Below, in pieces: positions 13,901 through 28,900 of a stretch of DNA of 64,000 bases (the first letter of the stretch is position 1; every line of letters begins with the position of its first letter). A program made the translations under genes and the position numbers. Source of the stretch: Antedon mediterranea (Eukaryota > Animalia > Echinodermata); the NCBI RefSeq assembly GCF_964355755.1, contig NC_092678.1:6216422-6280421 (forward strand), read 5' to 3'. The notes under the pieces are model-generated. The model made no database searches, was not told the origin of the DNA, and worked only from the letters and a program-made list of their open reading frames with translations.

Positions 13901-16900
13901 AAAAAACAAATTGTTGACAGTAGAACTCTTCCCTGGGACAATCCTATAAGAAGGGGAAACTTCTCTGTGAAACAATCGAGAGAAAATATATATAACACTT
14001 ATTCAGGATATCCCTATTGCAGGTGATATTTGCTAGGTTCTGAAGATGTCCCCTTAAAGGAGTTCTACTCTACCCTACAGTATCACAAATCACAAATGAT
14101 ACATACCTGACATAAATTAGAAAGTTGTTTATTATTGAAACTTACTTCTCAAAAAGTCTTAGATACTGCTTCATTGTTACCCCTGGCAACTCGTAGCCTG
14201 ACAACAGAATTCTTAGTTTCTCCTTTCTTAGTATCTGAAAAAAAGATTGGTCATGTCTAAAGTCCCATTCACACTGGACTTTATCTTTACTACCACATCA
14301 AAGTGACTTTCAGTGAGTTCGCATTTGACCTTTTGGATAGGTGAAGCTTTCTCGATAGGTACAGTAGAGTACCCATCTCTGGGAAACCTCCATTTAGGGG
14401 ACAACCCTAATAATGAGACACTTTCCTATGAAACAAACCTAGAAAAACATATGTTTTACACTACAGAAAACCCCTACTAGGGACAACCTTATTAATAAGC
14501 ATGCTTCAAGCACTTATGCTTATTTTGTATCCCATTTCATTATTATTTTATTGTATTTGTATATGTTTTTATTTTGATTTTGGAATAAAAAAGGTCGATG
14601 ACTGATTGATGTTGCTTAAGGAAGATTCTCCAGGAATAACACTACCTACCCCTTGCTGGTTGATGAATGGATTGATTTCATAGACGGTCACCACTCTGGA
14701 CATGACCTTACACAGCCACTCTGGTTCTATGAAGTGGAGGTCACTCAAATGGTGGGCAGGGTCATCATAGTGCAAGAGCACTCCTATCTCATGTAGGAAA
14801 CGCACAGCCTGATAACAAATAAAATCATAGTATACTTTAAAAAAACACCTAGTAAGTATTCAACACCATTCCATTTCCTTATCTAGTTATCAATATGTAA
14901 CTTGAGATTTATAACACCGCCATTTGATTGGTTGATTACGTAACATGTGGTTGCCATGCATTATTTCGTTATGATGGATGGTACTTTGCATTTTCAAGTT
15001 TTTGTAAAAATTGTGTGACCAACCCAAAGCTGAAGTGTCTGTATAAAAAAGGACGCCAAATTCAGAGCGACAGTTTTGTTATGACCATAGGGCCTAGCAT
15101 TCAAAGCAGAAGATGTGTTATAAACCAATAAATATCTCTTTTGAAACTCAAATTAAAACAATCAATAACCATTAATACTATATATTACTTGAGGTAATTC
15201 GTTCTCATCCAGGAGTATATGTTTGTCTTTTATCATCTGGTTGAGTTGGTGGGCGAGTAGAACTGGAGGCTTATTCTCTTCTCTCAGTAGCTGAGCTTTA
15301 CGAGTAACAAGTTGTTGGAGTTTCTAATGAATATTAAAACCGATTAAATTAATAAACACAATTTTTTATTCATATGGTAGTGATGACATACTGTAATCAT
15401 GTCCATGTATGGGCACATCACATTTTTTTTCGATCAAGTTTTAGCATCCTTTAAAAAAAACCGTTGTTTGGTTACAGTCTGTGATGGAAATGAGAGCATA
15501 CTATAGTAGATTTTACTTGGTTGTCGCCACTCATATCTCACTGTACATATCATGGTCTCTAAATACTTGTAAAGCTTGGGCTATCAAACAAACTTGACAA
15601 AAAAAGTGTGATGTTCCCAAATATGGTATTGATATTCCCAAATATGGTAGGCATATGACTTCATCATGTCCATATATGGGCACATCACATAAAGTTTTAT
15701 AGTGTAGACAGAGCTTTATGAATAAGAATAGAAAAAAATAATGGAACTTACTAAGTAGCTGTCTGGAATCATTTGACCAAGGATTGGTTTCCCTCGAATC
15801 TTCAAGCTTACAAATAAATAAGATTAAAAAACTAAAAACAAGTTAAAATAGGAACGGGTTTAATGTACTCATTGACAAGGACTTAACACATATGGCTTGT
15901 GTACACATTAAGAGCCTAGGGTTACCCTGATGCATTGGTCCATTTCAGCCCCTGTTGTATCACTATGTTGGGCTAACAACCCCACCAGTTGAATCACTTT
16001 GTTACAGAAACCAGCAAAAGTGCCCCTATGTCTCAGTGGGATAAAAAGCAACTAACAACTTAAGCTATGTCTACACTATCAAACTAGTTTGAAAAAAAAA
16101 AGTGTATATGGTATATTATGGTATTGATATTCCCAAATATGGTAGTGATGACATCATCATGTCCATATATGGGCACATCAAATTATTTTTTCACATAAAG
16201 TTTGATAGTGTAAACAGAGCTTTAGAAAGATATACTGTGTTTGGAAATACTATAGTAGACTTATAGGATTATTAGGTAAAAAAATTAGATACACGTTCAT
16301 TTTTAATCTTACCTTTCGATAACCTTCACAATACGTCTACGTAGGTGTTCTATGGATTCATTCTCAGCAGTGTTTGATACTTCAACGTATTCATGGATTT
16401 GTGGGTATCCTCGTGTGGAGCAGACTTCTCTGATGTGCTTGTTAATGTTCGCTAGGATTTGTTGATGTTGATCTATTGGATGGTACAAACTCATTTATAG
16501 TTGGAAATTTATCAACGTCAAAGACAGAAAATAATGGAAGCAACTGGAGAGGTGCAGGTAATTTTGAAAGAATTGAGGGACAGGAGGTCATTTTAAAAGA
16601 ATGGAGGGACAGGTCATTTTGAAAGAAAGGAGGGACAGGAGGTCATTTTAAAAGAATGGAGGGACAGGAGGTCATTTTGAAAGAATGGAGGGACAGGTCA
16701 TTTTGAATGAAAAGAGGGACAGGAGGTCATTTTAAAAGAATGGAGGGACAGGTCATTTTGAAAGAAAGGAGGGTCAGGAGGTCATTTTGAAAGAATGGAG
16801 GGACAGGAGGTCATTTTGAAAGAATGGAGGGACAGGTCATTTTGAAAGAAAGGAGGGACAGGAGGTCATTTTGAAAGAATGGAGGGACAGGAGGTCATTT

Positions 16901-19900
16901 TGAAAGAATGGAGGGACAGGTTGACCAGATGAATGACCAACCAAGAAACAGCACAAGAAAAAGACAAAAACGTAGTTGGAGAGGACAAGGGCAAGAGCAG
17001 CAGAGAACAGATGAGATGATGATGATGATTGATGATGATCATGATGATTGATGATAATGATAATGAAAACAAAATACCATCAAAAACATAGCAATAAATG
17101 TTTAATGTTAAATAACAAAATAACATATTTACCCTTTGGAACTTTATCCTTATGAGTGCCAACTAGTATGACGGGGCATGACGGTGCCAGCGCTTGTATG
17201 GTTAGCAGCCAGGGCCGAATCGTGTTAATCTCACTAACCCCTTTGCTCAAATCAAATACAACCTGAAAAACAAGGTAAATAAAAAGGATTTAATATAGCA
17301 TAAAGCTATGTCTACACTATCAAACTAGTTTGACAAAAAAGTGTGATGTGCCCAAATATGGTAGTGATATGCCTAAATATTTCAACTTTCAACTTTACTT
17401 TATTCACATCATCATACATAAATAGTACAATACAATAAAATGTATGTGTGTGTGAAAAGGAGCCAAAAAATAGCTTTCGCTAATCAAGGTTTGACTCCTG
17501 TCACAAAAAATAAATTAGTCATAATGCATACATTTTCATCTATCAACAATAATTCAATAAGAAAGAAACAGCAACTATATGAAAGAAATAACGTAAACAA
17601 GGGCTAACATTAATATTTTTGTAAAAGTAAACATTTAACTTCATTTATAAATTTAAATCTAGAAGAGGTACATTTTATAACTAAGGGTAAATTATTCCAA
17701 AGTTGAGCTCCATTAAAAGAAATTCTAAATTTACCAGCATCTGTGCGAGCTTTCGGAATTGCAAAATTATATCTATTACTAAATCTGGTACTAGCATTAT
17801 GTGTAATTAAATAAAAGTATTCCATTGTTTGATGTGGTGTTTTGCCGTTAATTTGGTCATGAACAAACTTAACTATACTTAATTCGAACAACTTAAAAAC
17901 GTCTAAAATACCCAGATCTTTAAATAATGGAGAAGATGGAGCCATAAAATCAGAGAAAGTTATACATCTAAGACACATTTTTTGGACAAGTAAAATAGGA
18001 TAAAGATGGGACTTATACGTGCTACCCCAGACTTCTAAACCATAAGTAATATTTGATTGAATAAATGATTTATAAAGCATAAGTAAAATATTACGGGGTA
18101 CAATATGGCGTAAACTAAACAGAATTCCAGATTTCTTTTTTATCCTATTTTTAATAAAGTTTATATGGCTCTTCCATGTGATGTGTTTATCTAATTTAAC
18201 ACCTAAAAACTGAATTTCATTGACTTCTTTAATCATAACATGTTTGTAATAAATATTGTTTGATTTATTAATAGTTTTATATCGGTTACAAAAAATAATA
18301 TAATTAGTTTTAACTAAATTAACAGTTAATTTATTAGCGTCACACCAGTTTGATATTTTTTTTAAATGATGATTTACCATAGACAAATCAATATTACTGC
18401 CTGCAAAATTGTGATATAAGGTAGTGTCGTCAGCAAATAAACGATATTCAAAAAAACTGGAAGAATTTGGTAAATCATTAATATAGATTAGAAAAAGGGT
18501 GGGTCCAAGAACCGAGCCTTGTGGAACACCGCATTGAATTGATAACTGATCGGAGCTTTGACCGTTCGAAAAAACAAATTGGGATCTATTTTTTAAATAA
18601 TCAGTAAACAAAAGTAACGGTTGCCCTCTAATACCATAATAATATAATTTGGATAACAAAATTTGGTGATTAATTGTATCGAAGGCTTTAGAAAAATCAA
18701 TAAATATACCTAGTGAAGACTTATTATTATCAACTTGATAAAGAAAATTATTAATTAGATTAATTAGGGATAATTTTGTACTATATTTTTCACGAAAACC
18801 GTACTGGTGTTTAAAGAACAAATTATATTTTTCAAAGAAGATAATAAGTCTGTTATTGATAATTCTTTCAAAAATTTTACTAAATAAAGGCAAAATGGAA
18901 ATTGGACGATAATTACCGGGGTTATATTACCTTTCTTAAATAGAGGTATTACTTTTGCTACTTTCAAAGCAGTGGGGAAACGACTATGTGTAAATGATAA
19001 ATTAATAATGTAGGATAGCGGCATTGCAATGCAATATGGTAGTGATATGACATCATCCTGTCCATCACAATTAAATTTGATAATGTAGACAGAGCTTTAA
19101 GTTTAAAAGACAACATTTTGAGGAGGAGTTTGATTATACTTTGCTGTCTCGCAGTTGTCTCTTTAGTAGTTTAATAGTACAGTATCTCTATGGTAGTTAC
19201 TCACTAAATAAAGAGCTCTACCCGTCAAGAAACAGGGGTGTGTACTGTAGAAGTCCTCCTGACCGGCAAAATCCCAAGTACTCAACAAAAAGTCAACAGG
19301 CTTACGATCGTGTTTAACCGTTATCCTAGAAAACAAAATGATTACATTCAATACAATAATATATCATTTGTTTTTAATGTATTACCACAATATGCAGTCA
19401 ACTCTCCCAATACTGGAGACCTTTGGGCTGACCTAATATGTCTGGTTTTCTGGAAAGTCTGGTATTCAGAATGTGTTTTTAATGTTAAAAATGTGTTTGG
19501 GACCTTTCGAGAAAAGTCTTTTGGGAGAGGTTTCGTCTGGTATTGGAAGAGTTGACTGTAAGATGATGATGCTTTATGTATTTCAAGTTCCCATAGATAA
19601 CTTTAAAATTAACTTACGTCCATTCCCTTACGTTAACACCAACTGTTGCTATGTTGGAATTCCGTGAGATTTTTTCTCTTTGAAGACGTCGTATCAACGT
19701 TGTCTTTCCACGACCTCCGTAGCCAACCAGCATTAATTTCATCCGGTTGTAGGGTACAGCTCTTTTCAATCTCTGATGCAAGAAGGTCACTATATCTTTC
19801 GTTCTACCCCTCAGAATGGCTGGAGGCAAGTCTAATCTTAAGCCATCAAGAGGTAACTGTAAAAACCATTTTAAAATATCCATAAATTATCATATTGTAC

Positions 19901-22900
19901 TCTGTTGACTACTCATAAAAATTCATAATTTAAAGTTGATTCTAGTATAGTTTATAGTGCCAAGGCCAACTCAAGATTTCCTAGGCTGCTCCCACTACCA
20001 CTAACCATTAGGAAAGAAATCCCTAGCCTAAATGAAACTTTTCGTCAAATAGATCAGTTCTTACCTCCCATAATCTATTCAGTTTCCCAAGTTCATCAGG
20101 CAATGTTGTCAACTCTTTGTTTCGGCTCAGGTCAAGGGTCGTTAACGATGTCAGTTGTCCCAATTCTTTAGGTACCTTCCAAGTATATTTAAAAAAAATA
20201 GTAAATGCTTAAAAAGTTTTTGAAAAAGTGCTTGGACAGGGGTGAAACTAAATATTTTAGGTGGAGGTAGACAAATTTCCATGAAAAAACCCACCTGTCT
20301 CAGTTCATTATTTCTTAAGCTCAATCGCTCCAACATTTGCCAACTTCTGATACTATCCCCAAGATTCAACTAACAAGTAAAAATAAACACAATCAACGCA
20401 TATTTACATACTATGAGGCATATATTATATACAAATAATGGATGTTATTATAACACACCTACTTTTATTAAATTTATCCAAATCATTGAAAAATGCTAGG
20501 CCAGGAAGCTAGGCCATTACAATAGGCAGTAGTTCAACTTCAGACGCAGAGTGGAACAGTTATAGAGATGGCGAGCACAACAAGTTGATGTCCGAATACG
20601 ATCATTCAACAATGTAGCGTGGCAAAAATTCTCAAAATGTTAGTTAGACAGAGCTTTACCACTGTACATACCTTTCGTATAGAATTATCTGCAAATAGTA
20701 GTTCTCTTAGTGACTGACTTTTCCAGCACGATGGTTCAGGTAAAACAGATAGATGGTTGGCACTTAAATCTACGCTTCTCACCCTAGAGATATGAATAAT
20801 CATTAGAGGGTGTTCATTCATCACTATGACCCAATGTGTCCAATTTGAACAGTCAAAGGTCAACTTACAGTAAGTTAGAATTATGTCAACCTTTGGTATC
20901 TGAATGGTTCGGTATTGTGAGATGAAGGTATGTACAAACAAAGATCTACAAAAACAAATTACCATGGCAATTTAAGCAGGAATCTTGGAATGTAAGGATG
21001 CACGTTTGTGGCGAGATTGTTCCTTGCGAGCTTCACGGTCGTTAGTTGGTTCATGAAACTGCCAAGATCATCAGGAAGTGTTGCTGTGGAAAACAAAGTA
21101 TTGATAACCTATACTCTCTCACTTTATTTATTTTTAATTCACATCTAGTATCATTCATACATATACAGTATATAATTGATGGCAATATGCCACTGCGTTG
21201 CATTGCTAGTGGGAACCACGCTTTAGGGACCATGTCAAAATAATTCTACATTTTCTTTACTCTTAAAACTGTTTATGTAATTTCATAGCAAGCTTTTTTC
21301 TGGGTAATCATACACACTGCCTTGAAAACTTCTACAGCAACTGCAGTAGAATCATTTTTAAATGATCCCTAATATTTGGTTTCCACTACGACATAACGAA
21401 AGAACGTAAAGAGATGGATTATCCAAACTGTTGCTTTTCAATGGTCAAATCTCTTGTGTTACATCCCAGTGGGAACCAATCTTAAGGATCTTGCACTTAA
21501 TTTTTAGATTCTGTTTTTGCAAGAACCTTTATAGCTCTGTCTACACTATCAAACTTTATGTGACAAAAAAATGTGATATGCCTATATATGGACATGATGA
21601 TGATGTCATATCATTACCATATTTGGGCATATCACTACCATATTTGGTTACATCCTACTTTTTTTGTCAAACTAGTTTGATAGTGTAGAAAAAGCTTTAC
21701 AAAAACCACAAAATATGTTTCATTTAAATATTTACTTACTAAGTTGGTTATCAGAAACATGCAGTGTTTCCAGCATTTTTGTGTGTAGCAGAAACTTATT
21801 TGGCAGTTCAGTCAAAGAATTTCTACACAGTTTCAGTAGCCTAAGATGTGGCAGGTACAACGGTTGGTCTGGAAGATGTGCCAAGTTATTGCTGCAAAAT
21901 GTAAATACGTATATCTTAATATAGTAACTACTTACTTTACAGAATCGTCGCAGAGAGGTGCATGTACTTCTCTGCCTAGGCTACCTTGGAAATACACATC
22001 ACAAGATTTCTTCATTCGTTTCTATTCAGTGCAATTGCTTTATTTTTGCTAGATTCGTTGCCATTATGAGTTTCAAGTTAGAGGGGTTTTTGAGGAATTT
22101 TAAATCGTTTAAATGTTTCTGGGAAGGTCGTTCGCGGTCTTCCTTTCCCATATTTTAGATTCTATTGGGAAAGTTTATCTTCAATATTTTGCAGAACTGT
22201 TTTCTGTGGAAAGTCGTCTTTTCATGTGAAACCGTGTTATACCGTATAACCCCAGTATACTCATTTACACACAACACTGAGTCATCGCCTAAACAAGGGG
22301 TGATAGGCCTTTAATTGTAGTCGGTAATAGATCATTGATTTTTACAAATTTGGATAAACTATGCAAATTGTTCCACATTACACCAATATTTTATTAGCTT
22401 AAAAGTTATCTATTAAAATTTAGTCATCTTTATAGCACATGGTTTTAGATAAAAGAGTTTAAAACAATACCCTGTTGGACACACTAATAGTAACCAGGAA
22501 TCCACAAAACTGTGTCTACACTACCAGACATTTTGTGAATGTGATGTGCCCATATATGGACACGATGACGTCATATCACTACCATATTTGGCCACATCAC
22601 ACTTTTTTGTTAAACCAGTTTAGAAAGAGCTTTAGTTTTCTCTCAAGTAGCCTTTCTTGCAAAATTATAAATACACAGAATTATGCTGACATACACCATG
22701 TATGTATTTCTCGTTGGTGTGCTGAATATGCTTTTAAAAACAAGTATAGTTTTAGTTAAGATGTTAAAGAAATGTAATTTTTTTTAATTTTGGAAAAGAT
22801 TTAAATTCTTACCAGGCTAGATTTAGGACATGTAGAGCAGGTACAAAGTTGCAGAGCCAGGCAGGGAACAAGTCTATGCTGTTATTAGAAAGATTCAGCT

Positions 22901-25900
22901 CTCGTAAAGAAAAGCATGAATAGTCAGGTTGACTTCGTACATCTTTAATCTGAAAAAATACCGAAACTAAGATATTACAAAAATATCTATGTTTAATAGA
23001 AGACTGATCATTTCGAAACTAGAGGTAGGTACTCTTTGATTTGGGCAAGCTCAGCGTCCTGTTGTTAGATTGCTTTGGTAGTAGTAGGTTAGGCCTAGCC
23101 ATTAAAAACATAGACCAAGGCAATCAAAAGCTATATTTTGTCAATTGGATATCCAAAATATTATTTGACTTTTTTGTATTTAGTAGATTAATTACATCTC
23201 GTTAGTGGAATTTCAATAATTCTGTACTTCTGCGCTTAATTTCCCGGACTTGATTTCAATATTGGGAGAACCACTGTAAAAATTGTTGAAAAATACAATA
23301 ATTTATAAAGCTCTGTCTACACTATCAAACTTTATATGAAAAAAAATATGGCCATGATCATATCACTACCATATTTAAGCATATCACACTTTTTCGTCAA
23401 ACTAGTTTGATAGTGTAGACAGAGCTTAGCTACCATTGTGAGAAGTGGCCGAGCGGTTAAGACAGTGGAACCGTAATCACGTAGCCATAACATCGGCAGG
23501 GGTTCGAGGCTCACTCACTCCATGGTTCTGGTGGTAGAACGAGTCTTCTCGGATAAGGACTATAAACCGTAGGTCCAGTGTACACAACTTGCTCGTGTGC
23601 ACTTTAAAGAACCTAGTACATCTTTCGAGACGAGTAGGGGGTTACCCCGGTGTATTAGTACATCACAGCCACTGATCACCAACTGGGTCCTCTGGGAGAT
23701 CAGTCTTTGACTGAAGAGGTCACCCAGTATAAAGATAAAACAAACAAACAAACAAACAAAGAAGCAACATATGGAGTCAATTACAATATATACCTTATTA
23801 TGAGAGACATCTAATGTTTCTAGCTTACTGCAAGAAAACATGTGAGTTGGTAATTCCTTCAGCCGATTATTCCGCAGATCAAGATGTTTCAAATTTTTCA
23901 AAACCTATAAATAACAAATAAAATTGTTATTGTGTAGCACTTAAGTAAAATAATTAATAATAAATTAAATAAACAAATTACACAGTGTTTATTTTATTTT
24001 ATAATTAATTTCTCCTTTAGTTTGAATTCCTATTTCTTATTTTTACAATGATTTGTCGTCTTTCTTAAGATTTGTTATGTACATTTAAGAAAGAAAGACA
24101 ATAAATATTATTATATATATATATATATTAAGCTCTGTCTACACTATCAAACTAGTTTGACAATAAAAGAGTGAAAATATGGTAGTGATATGCTCAAATA
24201 TGGTAGTGATATGACATCATCATGTCTTACTCTTTGTTATTGTTCTTTGGTGACTGAAAAAATAGTATTACAGTATTATGATGATTGTATTTATTGTTTG
24301 ATATTTATTTGTTCCTGTTTATCATCAAAATAAATCTAACCAAATCATGATTATAAACCTGGTCAAAAACGTCAGATTAATTTTGAAAGACCTACCGATG
24401 ATAATTGTAGAGGAAATACAACCAATGAATTATTGCTCAAATCCAATTTGTGCAGGCACAAAAAACATCTCAAAAGTTTTTGTTCCGCACGGATTAACGG
24501 TGTCAAACTGGGAATTCCATTTGACGAGAGATCAAGAAAATGGATCTTGCAGTCTAACGCAGCACGTTTTTCAGTGGCGGTCATGCAGGCGAGAGATCGT
24601 GAGCGAGGGCGTTCTAAAAATGTTGAGTGGGAATGATAGTTAAAATGTATACAAAAAAGAAAGCCATCTAGACAACAGCAAAATAATGCAAACAAAGTAG
24701 GAATATGCTATGATATCTATTTAAAAATTATTATTAGTATATAAATAAAATTAATAATAATATAACCATATAAATATGTAATCATTAAAAATACAGTACA
24801 GTTTAAAAAAATGAATAAATTAATGTCAATATGTTTTGATATTATAACCATATAATAAATCATTAAAGTACAAGTACAGTTTTAAATAATAAATTAATAC
24901 GAAGATCGTTTAGAATATGCCTGTGTTGATACGCTCAATATATTGCTCAATGTATGCAGATGTAGTAGTTTGTGATTGCATAGTGAGTTCGGACTCAAAC
25001 AAGAGTTTCTGATTGGCCATGCTATACAGCCATGATCAATAGACCTTCTCTCTATGATGGCTTGTATTTTGACCTGTGATTGTGTACGAGTTCATTCTCT
25101 ACTTGTATTGTAATAACTCTATGGATGGAATAAAAAGTTGCAATGTGTTTTTATTGTATTTATTATTAGAATATCATAAACAAACCTGATTGTAGAGGTG
25201 TGCTAGTTGTAGGGGTAACAAATTCAACAATAATATCTGGCATTACTTCACAAACATCATCTGTTGGAGGCATCACCATTTCTATACACAAAATACAAAA
25301 CTGACACATTAGAACCTCTATTAAGGGGACACCTTCAGGGACCTAACAAAGTATAGTCGTTATCTCGGTACCGTTCTATGCTCACCACCAGTAGGCTCAC
25401 TTCATCAAGGCTTCTATGAATGGATGACGAGTTGGGAGAAGGAACGCTAGTAGACCAAACCCAGTACAATATTGAATATCAAAATGTGGCAGGCTATAGG
25501 CGCTTGACCTTTTACAAGATTGCCTAAAATTTATAATTTAAATCTACGATACTTAGTATTGTATATTATTACTCTTTGCTTTTCTTCCTTATATCTTATT
25601 CTTATTAACTCAAAATTATTTTTACTAACAAACATTACTATTTATATGCCTAGTGTGTAAACATTATTGATATAATTTCATTAAACATCCACATACAGTA
25701 CAACTCTTCTTAACAATTTTTTCAATCTTCTATCAACTAAAAGTCGTAGTTAGTCATGTCTCGGGTCACATTCTATGGTCACCGTACAGATAGGCTACTA
25801 CATCAGTACTTCTATGAATGGATGACTAGTTGGTGACAAGAACGCTAGTTGGTCATACCCAGTACCGTTTTGATTTTACGATCATTCGGGAAACCACCTC

Positions 25901-28900
25901 ACGAAGTACCGTTTTGATTACGATCATGCGGGAAATTACCTCATGACCTTATATAAGGAGGGGTTCTATACAATCTGAATCTGAATTTACAATATGACAT
26001 GTATTGTTAGTTTTGTGGTACACCATGTCTGTTTCCAAAAGGTATTTTTGAAGATTTCTTAACCTTTCAGTTCTACTGTATTCTGGAGAACAAGTTCAAG
26101 AGGAGAAATTATTCTTTTGCTTAAGTCAAGAGAGTTTATAAGTGCTTAAGTGAAAACTGAAGATTCATTTATTAAGTCAAGTTCTTTTTATCTTATGGAA
26201 TGGATGGTCATGTCAAGATTTAAGAAAAGTATTTGCTTTGGTTAAATTTTGAAAATTGACTTAAGCAAACTCATTGACTTTTTCCAGAAGAAAGTTTGAT
26301 AAAAAATTGACACTTATATCCTAGGTGAGCATGGTCTGAAACTGAAGTATCTGATTGGCCATGTTATGCAGCCATGTTCAATTAACTTCTCTATGATGGC
26401 CTGCTTTTAAAGCTGTGATTGTGTTAAAAACGTTGTCTACACTATCAAACTTTATATGACAAAAAAATGATATGTTCCCATATATGGACATGATGATGTC
26501 ACTACCATATCACAAACTAGTTTGATAGTGTAGACAGAGCTCTAGAGTTGACTCTGTAGTTGCAATATACTAAGTCAATGTCCCCAATATTTCTTTTATT
26601 GAAATAAAAAGTGTTTTAGTGAAAACTAAACAACGCTTATAATCATTACCTTAACAATAAAGTGTGACAGTACCTTGTATAGAACATTCCAGAAGAGGCT
26701 CTTGCGAGCTCTTGGCAAAGAGTGACCTCTTCTCTGTTAATGACATTGATCGTCCAGTACTTCTTGGTGATATCGATGTAGATGATATCGAATTACGTCT
26801 GTACGGTGTCCTCCTAATGGAGTCACTTGATTCGTCGAGAGATGAAGAAGTTTGGGAGCATAGAATATCAGGAGCTTTAAAGTGCAAAATGGATTACTGC
26901 TAGTTTAATAATTCAATAACTGTAATAATAGTGTGTATAATTGTGTCTTTTTATTGGTTACATTTTGTATCATGTAATATTAGTGTTCAATATTCTCTGT
27001 CTACACTATCAAACTTTGTGTGACAAAAAAATGTGATATGCCCAAATATGGTATTGATATGCCCAAATACGGGTAGTGATATGATCATCATCATGTCCAT
27101 ATATGGTCACATCACATTTGTCACATAAAGTTTGATAGTGTAGACAGCTTGGTAATGTGATGTTGTATCACTTACATGTTTTACTAAGATGTAACCTAGG
27201 ATCATCTGGATTCACTGGTAAGAAAGGGTTACTGTACGAACGATGAATACTTTGGAACGAAAAGTTAGATGATTGCGGAACCATCAACGAGTCTACCGAT
27301 GGCTTACGACCAAGACTTCTTGTTGAAGCTGGAAGAAAAATTAACAATATTAAAATGTTAATTATCAACAACATTTATTCAACATTTAACAGCTTTATGG
27401 GTTAGATACACAGAAGCCAAAGTGGCTTGTCTTTGTAGTCTAAGCATAAAACATAGATGGACGCATTACATAACGAAAAAATGACATTTTGAGACAGAAA
27501 AAGAAAAAAACAAAGTGAGATTAAGCAAAATATTTACAACTCCATTGTGCAGTAGCAATAGTAGCTAGCAATATGTTTCAAATATCATCTTTTTAATATT
27601 GTACTTTAATATAGGGAGTGGTGTCCATTTTAAACAACTTAAATGGAATTCATTTTATTTTATATGACATAATATAAACTTTAACATTACTTAAAACAAA
27701 CCAGCAAAAAATGCTGAATTGTCGTTTCAAGCTCCTTTGAGCTTTGTTCGACACGCTCTAAGCTTCAAAATGCTGGAGAAAAGAGCGGTTAAAATGGTCT
27801 CGAGTAACCTTCGACTTGATGCTGCTTCGGTTACTTTTAAGATATTGTAAAACTATTTTTTCTTCAACAAACTATGTTGACTGGGTCGCAAGAGACACCA
27901 ACCAATTTATTACCGACTCAGCAAATCAAACAATGAATAAAAAACTGATAACCATTATTATAATTTTACGATATCCAAAAACTAAAACTCACATGTATTA
28001 AATGAATACTCCGTAGCTGATGACGCTCTTCTCATGCGCTTTTCAACTGAATTATTAGATCCCGGAAACCATATTTCATCGTTAAAAGATTCTAAACAGA
28101 AAAATTAAATAGTGTAGCATGAGTAATTATTTTCCATTTGATTAGCCAACATATATTAGGAATATCAAGAGCGAAAGTCGCTGTCCTCTAGAGAATTTGA
28201 AATCGATTTCACATGATAAACAAATATAATACAAAGTTTGAAAAAAGTAAAAAATCCGGACATTAAACTTGATTTGAATCCAGCCTAGAACCCAAAAGTT
28301 TTTTTCATTTCATAAAGACAGTTATTAACTTTTGTATTTGGTGGAAATTTCTTTACGGCCTTGTTTAAAAACACAATTGCAGTGTAAGTGTAACCGTACT
28401 CATTCATACGATTCTGTCATGTATGTATGTACTAGTACATCACAGCCACTGATCACCAACTGGGCCCTCTGGGAGACCAGTCTTTGACTGAAGAGGTTAC
28501 CCAGTATAAATATATATTTCAATCAATCAATCTTGATGGCAATGATGTACGTAAAGTAGGCAAATAAAGTAATATTATTATTATTCTACATTTATATAAA
28601 AAAATGAGTGGAGTTGTGGATTGTTGTTATGATGCTTGGCTACCAATCTAAGGATCCTGGATTCAAGTTCTGTCATATGTTTATATGATTTTTCTAATGA
28701 CAAATTAAAATCCAATCCTTGTAATAAAACTTTGTTTATGTTGAGCATATGTTTGTCTTGTGAACACCTTTAAAAATGATAGTGAATGAATTCACTTATG
28801 GTTATCCTTGGCAATTTGCCTAAATATATAAAAAAAAAACAAACAAACATAAAAACATAATTTTCTCAGAATGTGAGTTAATGTTAGCGAATGTATTTTA

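Noticed and set aside
16866-17162. Hydrophobic/His-rich ORF
   Set aside because: Derived from a (GAT)n simple repeat and a minisatellite, overlapping an LRRK2 exon out of frame.
27702-27900. Coding-looking stretch in the linker intron
   Set aside because: Stops in all three minus-strand frames after the plausible acceptor.
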